A stretch of DNA of 64,000 nucleotides from Candidatus Magasanikiibacteriota bacterium (lineage in GTDB: Bacteria; Patescibacteriota; Patescibacteriia; Magasanikbacterales; GWA2-37-8), in assembly GCA_009694865.1 (NCBI GenBank), contig SICD01000001.1, positions 403-64,402 on the forward strand, given 5' to 3'. Made by a program: the position numbers and the translations under genes. Every line of letters starts with the position of its first letter. The stretch's first letter is position 1. The notes under the pieces are model-generated. The model saw only the letters and a program-made list of their open reading frames with translations, was not told where the DNA came from and did not search any database. Shown here one piece after another: positions 37,319 to 47,958 of the stretch.

Positions 37319-38656
37319 TTATTGTTTGTTCTCCGGCGGGGACAACTGTAAATCAATGCGGTTTAAATCACGGGGGAAAAGCACTGCCTCTTTTACATTG
37401 GGTATTTCGAGCATTCTAGCCGTAATTCTTTCTAACCCCGTGGAACACCCACCGTGTGGGGGCATGCCATACTTAAAAGCTTCCAAATAAAACGAAAATT
37501 TTTCCGGATCTAATCCGCGGCTCTTAATTTTCTCTACTAATGTCTCGTATGAGTGGACGCGCTGAGCACCACTGTTAATCTCAAGCCCCCGGAACAGCAA
37601 ATCAAACCCGCGGGATAACGGCGCTTCACTCGGCTCTTCATAGGTATACCATGCCCGCGCTTTAGTTGGGAAGTGTGTTATAAAAACAAAATCAGAATTT
37701 TTTTCTTTTTTCGCCCATTCGCAAATGGCCCGTTCCTGTTCCGGATCCAGATCATCGCTGTGGGGAGCTCCCAAAATATCCTGCGCTTCGTGGAGTTTAA
37801 AAATGGGGAATTTCTCTCCCGAGAGCGGTAATGGAACGCCGCGTTTGGCAAACACACTAGCGTGCTTCTCTACCACCCGGGCCACAATATGCTTAATTAC
37901 TTTTTCAAGCATTGCCATCACATCGTATTGGTCGTTAATAAAACCCATTTCAAAATCCATTTGTACAATCTCACTCAAATGCCGCGTGGTAGCGCTTTTT
38001 TCCGCCCGAAAAATTTTCGCCGTGGTAAACACACGCTCAAATACGCCTGTCATGATTTGCTTGTACAGCTGCGGACTGGTAGCCAGATAAGCCTTTTGGT
38101 TGTAAAAATAATCAACCTTAAACACTGCCGAACCGCCTTCGGCGTCACCACCCACCAAGGCAGGCGACTGAAACTCGGTAAACTGTTCCTGTGCCAAAGC
38201 TTCACGGAAACTTTGAATGATGGTTTCCTGCACCTTAAAAACATCCTGCCAGCGTTCGGCGCGCAGGGTAATCGGCAAATGATCTAAGTGGATGTCGAGG
38301 CCAACTTTGTCGTCTTCCAAATCAATTGGGAGCGGTTCGGCCATGGAAAGCACGCGGAGTTCTTTAATTAGGACTTCGACATTGCCGGTTGGGACATTTG
38401 AATTCTTCTGTTTCTCCCCGCGCTCCTGCACCACACCCGTAACTTCAACCACCCACTCGTGCCGAACGTCTTTCATCCGCTCCACCGATTCCGCGTCCAT
38501 TTGGCTCGACACTCCCACCAACTGCACAATGCCGCCCCGATCACGCAAATCCAAAAACACAATTTTACCCATGTTGCGCCGAGCATTAATCCAACCTTTT
38601 AAAAGGACTTCTTCGCCTATTTTGGTTACCGTTTCAATGGAAAGAGTGCGATTCAT
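37319..38656 (-). CDS. aspS: Aspartate--tRNA ligase, archaeal/non-discriminating type
   Basis: OB fold, SPQLYKQ, GMPPHGG..GLER; short form without GAD domain. Confidence 0.92.
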   Translation of the reverse strand: MNRTLSIETVTKIGEEVLLKGWINARRNMGKIVFLDLRDRGGIVQLVGVSSQMDAESVERMKDVRHEWVVEVTGVVQERGEKQKNSNVPTGNVEVLIKELRVLSMAEPLPIDLEDDKVGLDIHLDHLPITLRAERWQDVFKVQETIIQSFREALAQEQFTEFQSPALVGGDAEGGSAVFKVDYFYNQKAYLATSPQLYKQIMTGVFERVFTTAKIFRAEKSATTRHLSEIVQMDFEMGFINDQYDVMAMLEKVIKHIVARVVEKHASVFAKRGVPLPLSGEKFPIFKLHEAQDILGAPHSDDLDPEQERAICEWAKKEKNSDFVFITHFPTKARAWYTYEEPSEAPLSRGFDLLFRGLEINSGAQRVHSYETLVEKIKSRGLDPEKFSFYLEAFKYGMPPHGGCSTGLERITARMLEIPNVKEAVLFPRDLNRIDLQLSPPENKQ

Positions 38657-38659
38657 AAA

Positions 38660-39004
38660 TTATTTATCCTTTCTCGCCGCTAACGCAAACTTGAAAAAAT
38701 ATTTTTCCAACCCCTCCGGGGTATCATTGTATTCCCTTTTCCCATAAAACGTATCAGCCACCACCTCGCGCGCTCGACAAATTTCTTTTAAACGTTTGCG
38801 CCAACGGGTGTCGGCCATCGTCAAATCGAGCAAATCAAAGGCACGGTCAAGCGCCTGGTTCCGGCGGCTCACATCACCTTGGCGCTCCCATTTAGTCGCC
38901 CGACCAATTTCACTCCCCACATTTCCCAATTGTTCACAGAGCGTCATGGTAAACCAGCTGCCAGCGGCTATATTTTTATGAATTGCATCAGCCATATCAA
39001 ACAA
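38660..39004 (-). CDS. Conserved helical hypothetical protein
   Basis: EQLGNVGSEIGRA...EICRARE. Confidence 0.7.
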   Translation of the reverse strand: MFDMADAIHKNIAAGSWFTMTLCEQLGNVGSEIGRATKWERQGDVSRRNQALDRAFDLLDLTMADTRWRKRLKEICRAREVVADTFYGKREYNDTPEGLEKYFFKFALAARKDK

Positions 39005-39362
39005 TTAATTTGCGCACCACCTCGCGAATACGATTCTGGGCATCAATGTCTTCCACCGAACGCGAACGATTATTTTGTTTTGGCCGCAGATTAATCATGG
39101 AATCAAACTCCAGAAAATCCAACCCGCTCACGTCAGGGTACAAATTTATTCCCCAAAGATTCTCTTGCGCCGAACCATGTTCGAGCATCACCGCTTCTTC
39201 ATCCGCGTGCAGATCGCCGCCAATCGCCATAATTTCTTGATTAACATCCACAACCGCCTTTACCATATTGCCAAACCGCTCCGCTGCCACGTTTTTTAAG
39301 TCAGCGAGCGAAATTGGCTCGGTTATTATTTTAATGCTATTTTCATCGGTGGGCTTATTCAT
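38997..39362 (-). CDS. DUF5674-like protein
   Basis: KAVVDV...GG.LHAD.E, WGINLYP, INLRP.QNN. Confidence 0.75.
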   Translation of the reverse strand: MNKPTDENSIKIITEPISLADLKNVAAERFGNMVKAVVDVNQEIMAIGGDLHADEEAVMLEHGSAQENLWGINLYPDVSGLDFLEFDSMINLRPKQNNRSRSVEDIDAQNRIREVVRKLIV

Positions 39363-39502
39363 ACAAGAACTTTATTGTAACAAAACAATTCGAAAAAATT
39401 CGTGTTTCAAATTTGTGTTTCCCATTGTAACAGATAAAAAAATACCTGGCAACTCTATTTATTGTAACTATTCATTACTTTCCCAAACAACACGCGATCA
39501 CT

Positions 39503-39637
39503 TGTCATTTCGACCGAAGCGACCGTAGGAGCGAAGTGGAGAAATCGCTTAACAACGTTGGCCAATTGGTGAAAGGGATTCTTCGACGGAGTTTACCCTG
39601 AGCGAGCGACAGTGAGTCGAACGGGCTCAGAATGACA
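39503..39637. repeat. Family A palindromic element
   Basis: tgtcatttcg...cagaatgaca. Confidence 0.85.
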
Positions 39638-39692
39638 GCGTTTGGAAAGAAGTGAATAGATACCTCCCAAACTTCCCATACAAGCCAGTAAG

Positions 39693-40910
39693 TTAGATAG
39701 TCACCAAACAGACCAAAAGCCCCAACAGCGCCACGGTTTGCACAATAATATGGGGATGTTGGCGACGAAACTCAATAACGATATTTAAAACTAATACCAG
39801 GCTAAAAAATATAAGGAAACCTAAATAAATTCCCTGCGACGCGGAAAATAACCATTTAAACGACGGCAAAACTTGCGCGTTAAAATATTGCTCCATCGGG
39901 CTGGGGGCGGTAACTTTGACAGTATACCAATCAATACTATCAGTCACTTCCTGTCCTTGGGGCGCACGAATTATAATACTCGGAATAATAATCGGATGAA
40001 AAAAAGTCTCTGGCGACAAGGGAACTCGGAGGTCGGCTGTCCAATCATCGCTCGCCGGGTCGGATGTAAGCGGAATTGAATACTGCCCCACAATCACGCT
40101 CGCCCCGGCCACCGGCCCAGTCAAACGCGCTTTAATAGTGAGAACTGTTTGGTTATTATCCCCCGCCCAAAAAACATGGGAGTGTTCTTTATCAATTGCC
40201 GGAAGGTTTTGCGCAACTGGAGCACTGACTTTTTCTCCCTTTACCTTTGGAGCCAAAGCTAAACGACTGGTCGCGCTTGGTACGGTAGAGTGTGCCGCTG
40301 GTTTAGCAACAATTAAATTCGACGCAGTCGCGACAACAAGGGGAGGGGCTCCAAAATGCTGGGCCACAAATACCGTGGGAATTCCACTGTACTCACCCGC
40401 TTCTAGCCCCAAACCAAACTCACGATAATCGGCGTCGAGTAAATTTTGATAATGCGTTGGACTTTTCAGCCAAGCCCCAATTACTTCTTCGCCGCTTTTA
40501 AATCCCATGGCCAAATTTTCCCCGGCCACACCATAACGATATCCGGCTTGGCTTAAAAAATACTGCAGGGTATGTGCTTTAGGCCCAAAATGGCTAAAAT
40601 AATTATTCTCGGCCATGTCATTGGCTTTGGCCGTGGCCGAACTATTTAATTTGTTCTGGACGATAAGCTCCGGAAGGCCGTGCTGGGCACGCGCACTATT
40701 CGTGAGGTCAATAATGTTTTGATAATGCACCGCCAAAACATCCGGCGCCAAATAGGCCCGCGCGGGAATAAATAACACTGTGACAAAAACAATCAATTTT
40801 AAACCCAAAAAAACCGTGCTATAAAAAATAGCGCGTTTGGTGTGCAAAATGTGCGGGTGGTAGTTATTCCCATGATGGGGAATAAAAAAGTCGTGTAACT
40901 TTGAAGACAT
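39693..40910 (-). CDS. CAP/SCP domain membrane protein
   Basis: KANDM...YFSH, AGENLA, WLKSPTH. Confidence 0.88.
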   Translation of the reverse strand: MSSKLHDFFIPHHGNNYHPHILHTKRAIFYSTVFLGLKLIVFVTVLFIPARAYLAPDVLAVHYQNIIDLTNSARAQHGLPELIVQNKLNSSATAKANDMAENNYFSHFGPKAHTLQYFLSQAGYRYGVAGENLAMGFKSGEEVIGAWLKSPTHYQNLLDADYREFGLGLEAGEYSGIPTVFVAQHFGAPPLVVATASNLIVAKPAAHSTVPSATSRLALAPKVKGEKVSAPVAQNLPAIDKEHSHVFWAGDNNQTVLTIKARLTGPVAGASVIVGQYSIPLTSDPASDDWTADLRVPLSPETFFHPIIIPSIIIRAPQGQEVTDSIDWYTVKVTAPSPMEQYFNAQVLPSFKWLFSASQGIYLGFLIFFSLVLVLNIVIEFRRQHPHIIVQTVALLGLLVCLVTI

Positions 40911-40948
40911 AATCGCAAGCCCCCCCCTCGAGGGGGCGGTTGTATTGA

Positions 40949-41947
40949 TTAACAAAATTCTTCGGCCATTTCAATAAGCCGATGCGCGTACCCGGCTTCG
41001 TTATCGTACCAGGCCACTACTTTAACTAAGTTACCACCAACAACGTTCGTGAGTGCCAAATCTACCGTGGCCGAATATGTGTTGCCAATAAAATCGGATG
41101 AAACGAGTGGCTCATTTGTTACTGCCAAAATATTTTTAAACCGCGGCGACTCGGCCGCCTTCGTCAAAGCCGCATTAATTTGCTCCTTCGTCACGTCACG
41201 TTTAAGAACTGCCGTGATATCAGAAAGTGAAACCGTGGTCACTGGCACACGAATGGCGACTCCGTCAAAAATACCATGAAGCTCGGGGATGGCTTCCGTC
41301 GTGGCCAGTGCGGCTCCGGTCGTGGTCGGGACAATATTCGCGGCGGCGGCGCGTGCCCGGCGCAAATCTTTATGCGGCCCATCCTGAAGATTTTGATCAG
41401 CAGTATACCCGTGCACTGTCGTCATCATCGCCTTCTCGATACCAAACGTGTCTTCTAAAACTTGCATCACCGGTGAAATGCAATTTGTTGTACACGACGC
41501 ATTATTTATCACCTTTACTTTTTCGCCTTTTACTTTTTTACTATTCACAGACATTACATATGTTGGCACATCACCGCCCTTGGCTGGCGCGCTAATAATC
41601 ACTTTCTTGGCTCCCGCTTTTAAATGGAGCCCGGCCCCCTCTTTATCCGTAAACCGCCCGGTACACTCCAGCACCACATCCACTTTTAATTTAGCCCACG
41701 GGAGCAGGCTTGGATCTTTTTCCGCAAACACCGGAATTTTTTTGGTGCCAATAATAATATTTTTTTCATCGTGAGAAATCGCCATCGGCCAGGTGCCATA
41801 GGCCGTGTCGTATTTTAAAAGATGCGCCAAGGTTTTGGTGTCGGTTAAATCGTTGATGGCCACAATTTTAATATCCTTTTTTAAAAACGCGGCCTTAAGC
41901 GCTTGCCGCCCAATGCGACCAAAACCATTAATTGCGATGTTTGTCAT
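40949..41947 (-). CDS. gap: Glyceraldehyde-3-phosphate dehydrogenase type I
   Basis: INGFGRIGR, ASCTTNC, WYDNE. Confidence 0.98.
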   Translation of the reverse strand: MTNIAINGFGRIGRQALKAAFLKKDIKIVAINDLTDTKTLAHLLKYDTAYGTWPMAISHDEKNIIIGTKKIPVFAEKDPSLLPWAKLKVDVVLECTGRFTDKEGAGLHLKAGAKKVIISAPAKGGDVPTYVMSVNSKKVKGEKVKVINNASCTTNCISPVMQVLEDTFGIEKAMMTTVHGYTADQNLQDGPHKDLRRARAAAANIVPTTTGAALATTEAIPELHGIFDGVAIRVPVTTVSLSDITAVLKRDVTKEQINAALTKAAESPRFKNILAVTNEPLVSSDFIGNTYSATVDLALTNVVGGNLVKVVAWYDNEAGYAHRLIEMAEEFC

Positions 41948-41967
41948 ATCAAAAAATAAATTTCAAA

Positions 41968-42387
41968 TTAATAGAATTCTCTATAACGAAAAGCTCCGGG
42001 GTGCCCTTTAATATCCAACAATAGACTTTTGTGATAACCAAAATGGGATGAGGCAACCGCAAAATGCGTCTCCGCCATTTTCTTCAACAATTGTTCGTAC
42101 AGGGCTTTAGCTTTAGCCGGGCTCGCAATCGAAGATGACAAATGGACGAACGGGCTGATTAAAATATTCTGTACACCCAACTCCTCCGCTGTTTTCAGTA
42201 TCTCATGATATAAATCTACCAGCTGCTTAGTAGCATCGTCTTTCTCGGCGCAAAACAATACGCTCAAACACTGCGTCATTTTACCATTTGATCCTGAAGG
42301 ATCTTCCGGTTCAATAGCGACTGGTCGCGACGATGGTTCAACCAAGCGAGATTCAAACCGGTTAGTATGTAATAATAAAGCCCGCAT
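41968..42387 (-). CDS. Stand-alone archaeal-type ThrRS editing domain protein
   Basis: PFVHLSS.IASP, FGYHK..L.IKGHP. Confidence 0.75.
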   Translation of the reverse strand: MRALLLHTNRFESRLVEPSSRPVAIEPEDPSGSNGKMTQCLSVLFCAEKDDATKQLVDLYHEILKTAEELGVQNILISPFVHLSSSIASPAKAKALYEQLLKKMAETHFAVASSHFGYHKSLLLDIKGHPGAFRYREFY

Positions 42388-42412
42388 AAGTTAGCCTATA
42401 GTATACTCTATG

Positions 42413-43714
42413 TTAGAGTACTTTTGCAAAAACACACTTTAAATACTCCCCTTCCGTAAACGCCGCCAGTTCCGGGTGGTCAATGCCGTGGGTGAATGTT
42501 TCCAGTACTTGCACAGTCCTTCCGGCCCGAGCTGCCGCCTCCGACAACATAAACCTAAAATCCTCCAGCCGCACGTGAGCCGAGCATGAGCAGGTCAAAA
42601 GAATGCCCCCTGGCGGCAAAATGCGTAAAGCCATCTCATTAATTTTCCTGTATCCTTGTAACCCTTCTTTTATTTTGTGCCGATCTTTAACAAACGCTGG
42701 TGGGTCTAAAATAATCACATCAAATTCGCCCGACTGACAATCCGTTAGATATTCCTTCACATCCGCCAAAATAAATTCGCATTTTGATTCGTCCAATTTA
42801 TTTAATTTCACATTCTCTTCGGCCAGCTCAAGTGCTGGTTGCGAAGCATCCACGCTCACCACACTCTTAGCGCCCGCGCCGAGGGCATAAACTGAAAAAC
42901 CGCCGGTATAAGAAAAACAATTCAACACTTTTTTATTCATTACATATTTTTGTAGAGCCAAACGCTTATCCCGCTGATCCAAGAAAAACCCCGTTTTCTG
43001 TCCACCAATAATATCGACCCAAAACAAATAGCCGTTCTCTTTTATCTTTACTCTCTCCGGCACTTCGCCAAAAAGCAAACCGACTTTTTCGTTGTCATTC
43101 CGAGCGAAGTCGAGGAATCCCTTGGTTTGGCCAGGAGGGATTTCTCCACTGCGCTTCGCTTCGGTCGAAATGACAGAATGTGCGCTATGCCCCGTACGAC
43201 GTCCAACATCCGACCGCTCATAAATCCCTTTTGGTTTTAAAATCTTAACGAGCGCTTTCACAATCAAATCTTTCCAATGTTCGATCCCCGGATTATGAAA
43301 CTGAACGGAAAGATACTCGGCGTATTTATCAACAATTAGCCCCGGCAACAAATCATTTTCCGCGTGGATTAATCGATACGCGTTCGTCTGTGTCCCCCTG
43401 CCCGAGGGGGACTGTAGGGGGGAGGGAGTGTTGGCGACAAAATCTTTGCGCAACTCATAAGCCCGTTTGAGGCGTTTCTCAAAAAATTCCGCGTCAACCA
43501 TCTCCTCTTTATCCCAACTCCAAATCCGCACCGCGATTTGCGAATACGAATTAAAAAAACCCTGCGCCAAAAAATTGCCTTGCTCATCGTGGAGTACTAC
43601 CGGCTCGCCGCTCGTGAGTCCTTCCGGAATATTTTTCAACGCGCCCGAAAACACCCACGGATGCCTTCCGCGAATTGGTCCAACACGTTCTTTTTTAACT
43701 ATTAGTGTAACCAT
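42413..43714 (-). CDS. rlmI: RlmI-family class I SAM rRNA methyltransferase
   Basis: HPWVFS PUA domain, GQKTGFFLDQR, ILDPPAF, EGEYLK. Confidence 0.88.
   Translation of the reverse strand: MVTLIVKKERVGPIRGRHPWVFSGALKNIPEGLTSGEPVVLHDEQGNFLAQGFFNSYSQIAVRIWSWDKEEMVDAEFFEKRLKRAYELRKDFVANTPSPLQSPSGRGTQTNAYRLIHAENDLLPGLIVDKYAEYLSVQFHNPGIEHWKDLIVKALVKILKPKGIYERSDVGRRTGHSAHSVISTEAKRSGEIPPGQTKGFLDFARNDNEKVGLLFGEVPERVKIKENGYLFWVDIIGGQKTGFFLDQRDKRLALQKYVMNKKVLNCFSYTGGFSVYALGAGAKSVVSVDASQPALELAEENVKLNKLDESKCEFILADVKEYLTDCQSGEFDVIILDPPAFVKDRHKIKEGLQGYRKINEMALRILPPGGILLTCSCSAHVRLEDFRFMLSEAAARAGRTVQVLETFTHGIDHPELAAFTEGEYLKCVFAKVL
43093..43175. repeat. Family A element in frame in rlmI
   Basis: Encodes VISTEAKRSGEIPPGQTKGFLDFARND. 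Confidence 0.88.
43392..43430. repeat. Family C-like palindrome in frame in rlmI
   Basis: Encodes TPSPLQSPSGRGT. Confidence 0.7.
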
Positions 43715-43755
43715 AAGAATGCACGCATTATACCATTTTTAGGCCTAAAAAACAA

Positions 43756-43779
43756 GAGACGCCTTCAAGGCGTCTCTAC
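43756..43779 (-). repeat. GTAG-type REP hairpin / possible terminator after tsf
   Basis: GTAGAGACGCCTTGAAGGCGTCTC on the minus strand. Confidence 0.65.
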
Positions 43780-43809
43780 TTTAATAGACCTGATAACTTT
43801 ATGAACTTG

Positions 43810-44688
43810 CTACTTGTTCACTTGCTCCGCTACTTCCGCCACAAAATCTTTCGTTACCTTCTCAATCCCCTCGCCCAATTCGTATCGAACGAATCGGACA
43901 ATCGTCGCGCCTTTGCCCTTGGCCAGGTCGCCCACCTTCACATCTTCGTTCTTAATGAACGCTTGTTCCAGCAAAGTAACATCACTATAAAATTTATCTA
44001 TTTTACCTTTAAGAATATTTTCAATAATATTCTCCGGCTTGCCCGCTGCTTTAAGCTGGGCGGCGTACACATCACGTTCGCTTGCAAGTAAAGCGGCATC
44101 AACGCCCGAACGATCCAAAGCCTTAGGGTTACTGGCGGCCACATGCATAGCCACGTCGGTGCCAAGTTCCGCGTCACCACCAGTCATTTCAATCATGACG
44201 CCAATTTTACTGCCGTGTAAATATGAGTACACTTTTCCGACACTTGACTCGTAGCGCGTAAACCGGCGCACGCTAATTTTTTCACCGATTTTTAAGGTGA
44301 GATTATTCGCAGTTTCGCCGACGGTTCCGCCAGCCCCGAGTTTGGTGTTTTGGAGAGCGTCAACATCAACTGGATTTTCTTTCGCCACAACTTCTGCCAC
44401 GCTTTTGGCAAACGCTCCAAAATCCGCACTCTGTCCCACAAAATCCGTTTCACAATTTACCTCAACCAAAACCCCCGCTTTGCTGTCAACGGAAATAAAA
44501 CTAGCAACCAACCCTTCGGCCGCCACCTTGTCGGCCCGCTTGGCCGCTTTAAGAATTCCTTTTTTGCGCAAAAGATCAACGGCTTTGTCCATATCGCCAC
44601 CCGCCTCTTCCAACGCGTTTTTACAATCCATCATGCCCGCCCCAGTAGAATTCCGGAGCTTCATGACGTCAGAAGCACTTATTGTCAT
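43810..44688 (-). CDS. tsf: Elongation factor Ts
   Basis: TGAGMMDCK, EVNCETDFV. Confidence 0.98.
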   Translation of the reverse strand: MTISASDVMKLRNSTGAGMMDCKNALEEAGGDMDKAVDLLRKKGILKAAKRADKVAAEGLVASFISVDSKAGVLVEVNCETDFVGQSADFGAFAKSVAEVVAKENPVDVDALQNTKLGAGGTVGETANNLTLKIGEKISVRRFTRYESSVGKVYSYLHGSKIGVMIEMTGGDAELGTDVAMHVAASNPKALDRSGVDAALLASERDVYAAQLKAAGKPENIIENILKGKIDKFYSDVTLLEQAFIKNEDVKVGDLAKGKGATIVRFVRYELGEGIEKVTKDFVAEVAEQVNK

Positions 44689-44690
44689 AT

Positions 44691-44801
44691 AATTTCAAAT
44701 ATCAAAATCCAAATGTCAAACCAAGTTCAAAATCCAAAAACCAATTTTTGACATTATGGCTTTGGATTTGATTTGGCATTTGACATTTGTCGTTTGGATT
44801 T
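44691..44801. repeat. Heptamer-like array with inverted halves (CAAA-rich / TTTG-rich)
   Basis: tcaaatatcaaaatccaaatgtcaaa...tttggcatttgacatttg. Confidence 0.8.
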
Positions 44802-45668
44802 TTAAACAACCTCTTGCGTTTTAATCACCCGGCGTTCTTTTTTAGAAGCGTACGGAGTAACTGACTCGGCCGGAATAGCGCTGGCCACAATTTTAGGCAT
44901 CGCGGCCGCTACTTTAACTTCCCCGCCCGAGGCGGGTCCGCCTTGGGAGGATTGCTCTTTAAGCAAAGCTTTAGTTTTTTCATAATCTGCCTTGCCTTCT
45001 TTCACCGCTTCAGCCATTAAATTCACTATCATCTTAATGGAATTCACCGCGTCATCATTCGCGGGAATGGCATAATTAACTTTGGTAGGGTCAACATTGG
45101 TGTCGCAAACTGCCACCATGGGAATATTCAAACGCACCGCTTCAGCCACCGCGGTTTTTTCTACCCGCAAATCAGCAATATACAAAGCGTCCGGTAATTT
45201 TTCCAGAGTTACCAAACCAGCCAAATACTTTTCCATTTTCTCAACTTGTTTTTGAAACACTACCTGTTCTTTTTTCGTGTACTTTTCAATTTCACCAGTC
45301 GCGAACATTTCTTTAATACCTTTATACTTCTTCATGCGACGTTTAAACTCATCAAAATTGGTTATGAGTCCGCCAATCCAGCGTTCGGTTAAGTACGGCA
45401 TACCACAATCGAGCGCGGCCACTTTAACCAATTCGCGCGCCTGGCGCTTGGTGCCAACAAATAAAATAACCTTGCCTTTAGCGGCGAGGTCGTGCACGTA
45501 CTGGAGCGCGCTTGCGAGTTGCTCCAAAGTTTTGTCTAAATCAATCACGTGCACGCCATTACGCAGACCAAAAATATAGGGCTGCATTTTAGGGTGCCAG
45601 CGTGACCGTTGGTGGCCAAAATGGACGCCTGCTTTAAGCATTTCCATGAGGCTTGGTAGCTGTGTCAT
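44802..45668 (-). CDS. rpsB: 30S ribosomal protein S2
   Basis: AGVHFGH, RWIGG..TN, PANDDA; palindrome in C-terminal tail at 44921-44950. Confidence 0.98.
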   Translation of the reverse strand: MTQLPSLMEMLKAGVHFGHQRSRWHPKMQPYIFGLRNGVHVIDLDKTLEQLASALQYVHDLAAKGKVILFVGTKRQARELVKVAALDCGMPYLTERWIGGLITNFDEFKRRMKKYKGIKEMFATGEIEKYTKKEQVVFQKQVEKMEKYLAGLVTLEKLPDALYIADLRVEKTAVAEAVRLNIPMVAVCDTNVDPTKVNYAIPANDDAVNSIKMIVNLMAEAVKEGKADYEKTKALLKEQSSQGGPASGGEVKVAAAMPKIVASAIPAESVTPYASKKERRVIKTQEVV

Positions 45669-45767
45669 AATATTTTTTTCCTTATTACTCCTCTCAACCT
45701 AACCCACGGGAATGGCCCAGGGAGGAAAATGTCCGCCAAAAGCGGAGGTTGATGAGATATTTAAAGT
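45669..45767 (-). promoter_or_regulatory. Structured rpsB 5' leader (candidate S2 autoregulation site)
   Basis: Stem tctcaacct/aggttgatgaga between the promoter and ATG; function assumed from known rpsB leaders. Confidence 0.45.
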
Positions 45768-45773
45768 ATCATC

Positions 45774-45834
45774 AGTATATAGGAAAACTAAGAATCAGTC
45801 AAGTCTTGACACCCCCAGCGAGTAATGTTATACT
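45774..45834. promoter_or_regulatory. Divergent sigma70 promoters for rpsB and rpmE
   Basis: Minus TTGACT-17-TATACT; plus TTGACA-17-TATACT. Confidence 0.75.
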
Positions 45835-45855
45835 CTTTTCACTTATAAAAATCAT

Positions 45856-46164
45856 ATGAAAACCAAAATTCATCCCGAATATCATACCGATTGCCAAGTC
45901 ACCTGCGCTTGCGGTAATAAATTCGTAACCGGCTCCACACTAAAAGAACTTCGCGTGGAACTGTGCAACCAATGCCATCCTTTTTATACCGGCAAACAAA
46001 AATTCGTTGACACCGCCCGCCGCGTCGAAAAGTTTGAGGAAAAAATGGGCAAAGTAAGCGCTGTCGCCGCCAGTCGCAAAGGCAAAAAAGTAAAAAAGGC
46101 CGTCGCAACTGCTAAAAAGGAAGCGAAGAAAAAGGAAGCCAAAACCGCCGCGACCGAAAAATAG
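45856..46164 (+). CDS. rpmE: 50S ribosomal protein L31
   Basis: [18 protein letters not shown]. Confidence 0.97.
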   Translation: MKTKIHPEYHTDCQVTCACGNKFVTGSTLKELRVELCNQCHPFYTGKQKFVDTARRVEKFEEKMGKVSAVAASRKGKKVKKAVATAKKEAKKKEAKTAATEK

Positions 46165-46222
46165 CTAAAATTTTCAAAACAGACTATACTATTGTTAGTC
46201 TGTTTTTGTTTAGTATTTCACT

Positions 46223-46335
46223 TGTCATCCCGAGCGAGGCTCGCGCCGACGAGGTCTCGCGATCCCTCGTAGGGGAATCTCTGTCCGTCGGTTGTTGATT
46301 GAGCCAGAGATTCCTCCTTCGTCGTCGGAATGACA
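46223..46335. repeat. Family A palindromic element
   Basis: tgtcatcccgagcgagg...cggaatgaca. Confidence 0.85.
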
Positions 46336-46360
46336 ATTGATGACCGACCATGAAAAATAT

Positions 46361-47422
46361 ATGCTCGCCAAGTACTCGCATCTCTTAACCAAGTTCAAAT
46401 CCCTCGAAACCTCTTTGCAAAATCCAGAGGTTATTAATGATGCCAAAAAATTAAAGGACGCCTCCCAGGAATATACCGATATGAAACCGGTCGCGGAAAA
46501 AATCTCTGAATTGTATTCAATTGAAAAGAATATTGCCGAGACAGATTTAATGCTCGCGAGCGATGGTGATACCGAAATACAAAACTTGGCCACTGGCGAG
46601 CTACTCGAACTCCGAGACAAAAAAACCGCTCTGGAAACCAAACTCGCCGACCTCACCCGCCCTCAAGACCCCCTTAATAAAAAAAATGTGATTGTGGAAA
46701 TTAGGGCCGCGGCCGGGGGCGACGAATCGGCCCTATTCGCGGCCGAGCTGTTCCGCATGTATTCCAAATACGCGGAAAGTAAAAAATGGAAAACCTCGTT
46801 TATCGATTCCAGTCAAATTGGCATTGGCGGATTTAAAGAAGTGCTTTTTTCGGTTAAGGGGCATGACGTCTACAAAGATTTAAAATGGGAAATGGGCGTG
46901 CACCGCGTGCAACGCGTGCCCGAAACCGAAAAAGCCGGCCGGGTGCACACCTCCACCGTAACGGTAGCGGTGATGCCCGAAATTGAGGAAACTGAATTAA
47001 AAATTGATCCTAAAGACTTGCGTATCGACACCATGACCGCCGGCGGCCACGGCGGGCAGAGCGTGAATACCACCTATTCGGCGGTGCGCATTGTGTATAT
47101 TCCCACCGGTATGATTGTACAATGTCAGGATGAGCGTAGCCAGCAAGCCAACCGGGAAAAAGCCATGGCGGTACTCCGCGCGCGCCTGTTTGACATTGAA
47201 CGAGCCAAAAAAGCAGAGGAACTATCGGCCAAACGCCAAGCGCAAATCGGCACCGGCGATCGCAGTGAAAAAATCCGTACCTACAACTTCCCCCAAGACC
47301 GCATTACCGACCACCGAATTCATGCCAGCTGGAATAATATTGGCACGATTTTAGAAGGCAACTTAGAGCCAATTATTACCGCGCTACAAAAAGCGGAGCA
47401 TGAACAACAAGACAAAGATTAA
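46361..47422 (+). CDS. prfA: Peptide chain release factor 1
   Basis: PET motif (RVPETE), [15 protein letters not shown]. Confidence 0.97.
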   Translation: MLAKYSHLLTKFKSLETSLQNPEVINDAKKLKDASQEYTDMKPVAEKISELYSIEKNIAETDLMLASDGDTEIQNLATGELLELRDKKTALETKLADLTRPQDPLNKKNVIVEIRAAAGGDESALFAAELFRMYSKYAESKKWKTSFIDSSQIGIGGFKEVLFSVKGHDVYKDLKWEMGVHRVQRVPETEKAGRVHTSTVTVAVMPEIEETELKIDPKDLRIDTMTAGGHGGQSVNTTYSAVRIVYIPTGMIVQCQDERSQQANREKAMAVLRARLFDIERAKKAEELSAKRQAQIGTGDRSEKIRTYNFPQDRITDHRIHASWNNIGTILEGNLEPIITALQKAEHEQQDKD

Positions 47423-47525
47423 AAGACTGGAAGATTACAAGATTGCCATTTGACACAATCTTCTAATCTTTTGATCTTTCTCTGATCAAACCGCGCCAGC
47501 GGATTCTGGAATTTTGGAGGGAAAC

Positions 47526-47831
47526 ATGCCGGGACCGGGAGTAAGTCGTTGGCACCGAGTGCTGCTGGCACTCGATCTGTGCGTCGAGCAAGTGCGAATG
47601 GCGCTGTCATTGCCGGCGCCGGGAAACATCGAGTTGATTCGTCTCCAGCATCGCTGGGTGCGGAGAAGGCTCGGACTGGAAAGGCGGCATGAGGCTGTTA
47701 TCTTTTGGTTCGATGGCGGAAAGACCGGCATCTGCCAAATGTGTAACGAAGACGTGGCTTTCGAGCAGGGGGGAAGCCACCCGACCAATTGCCCGGGCCC
47801 GCCCAACACCACCGACCGTTCTGGCCGGTGA
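47526..47831 (+). CDS. GC-rich orphan with CxxC...HxxxC motif
   Basis: GGAGGG SD, TTGACA at 47450, terminator at ~47865-47893. Confidence 0.6.
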   Translation: MPGPGVSRWHRVLLALDLCVEQVRMALSLPAPGNIELIRLQHRWVRRRLGLERRHEAVIFWFDGGKTGICQMCNEDVAFEQGGSHPTNCPGPPNTTDRSGR

Positions 47832-47958
47832 AGAGCGATGCCGGCGCTAACCCCGGCTCATCCAAAAACAGCTTTTTTAAAAGGCTGTTTTTGTTTGCGT
47901 TGACTGAAGTGTGGTGGTACAGTACGATGATTGTCGCAATCTTCTAATCTTAAAATTC

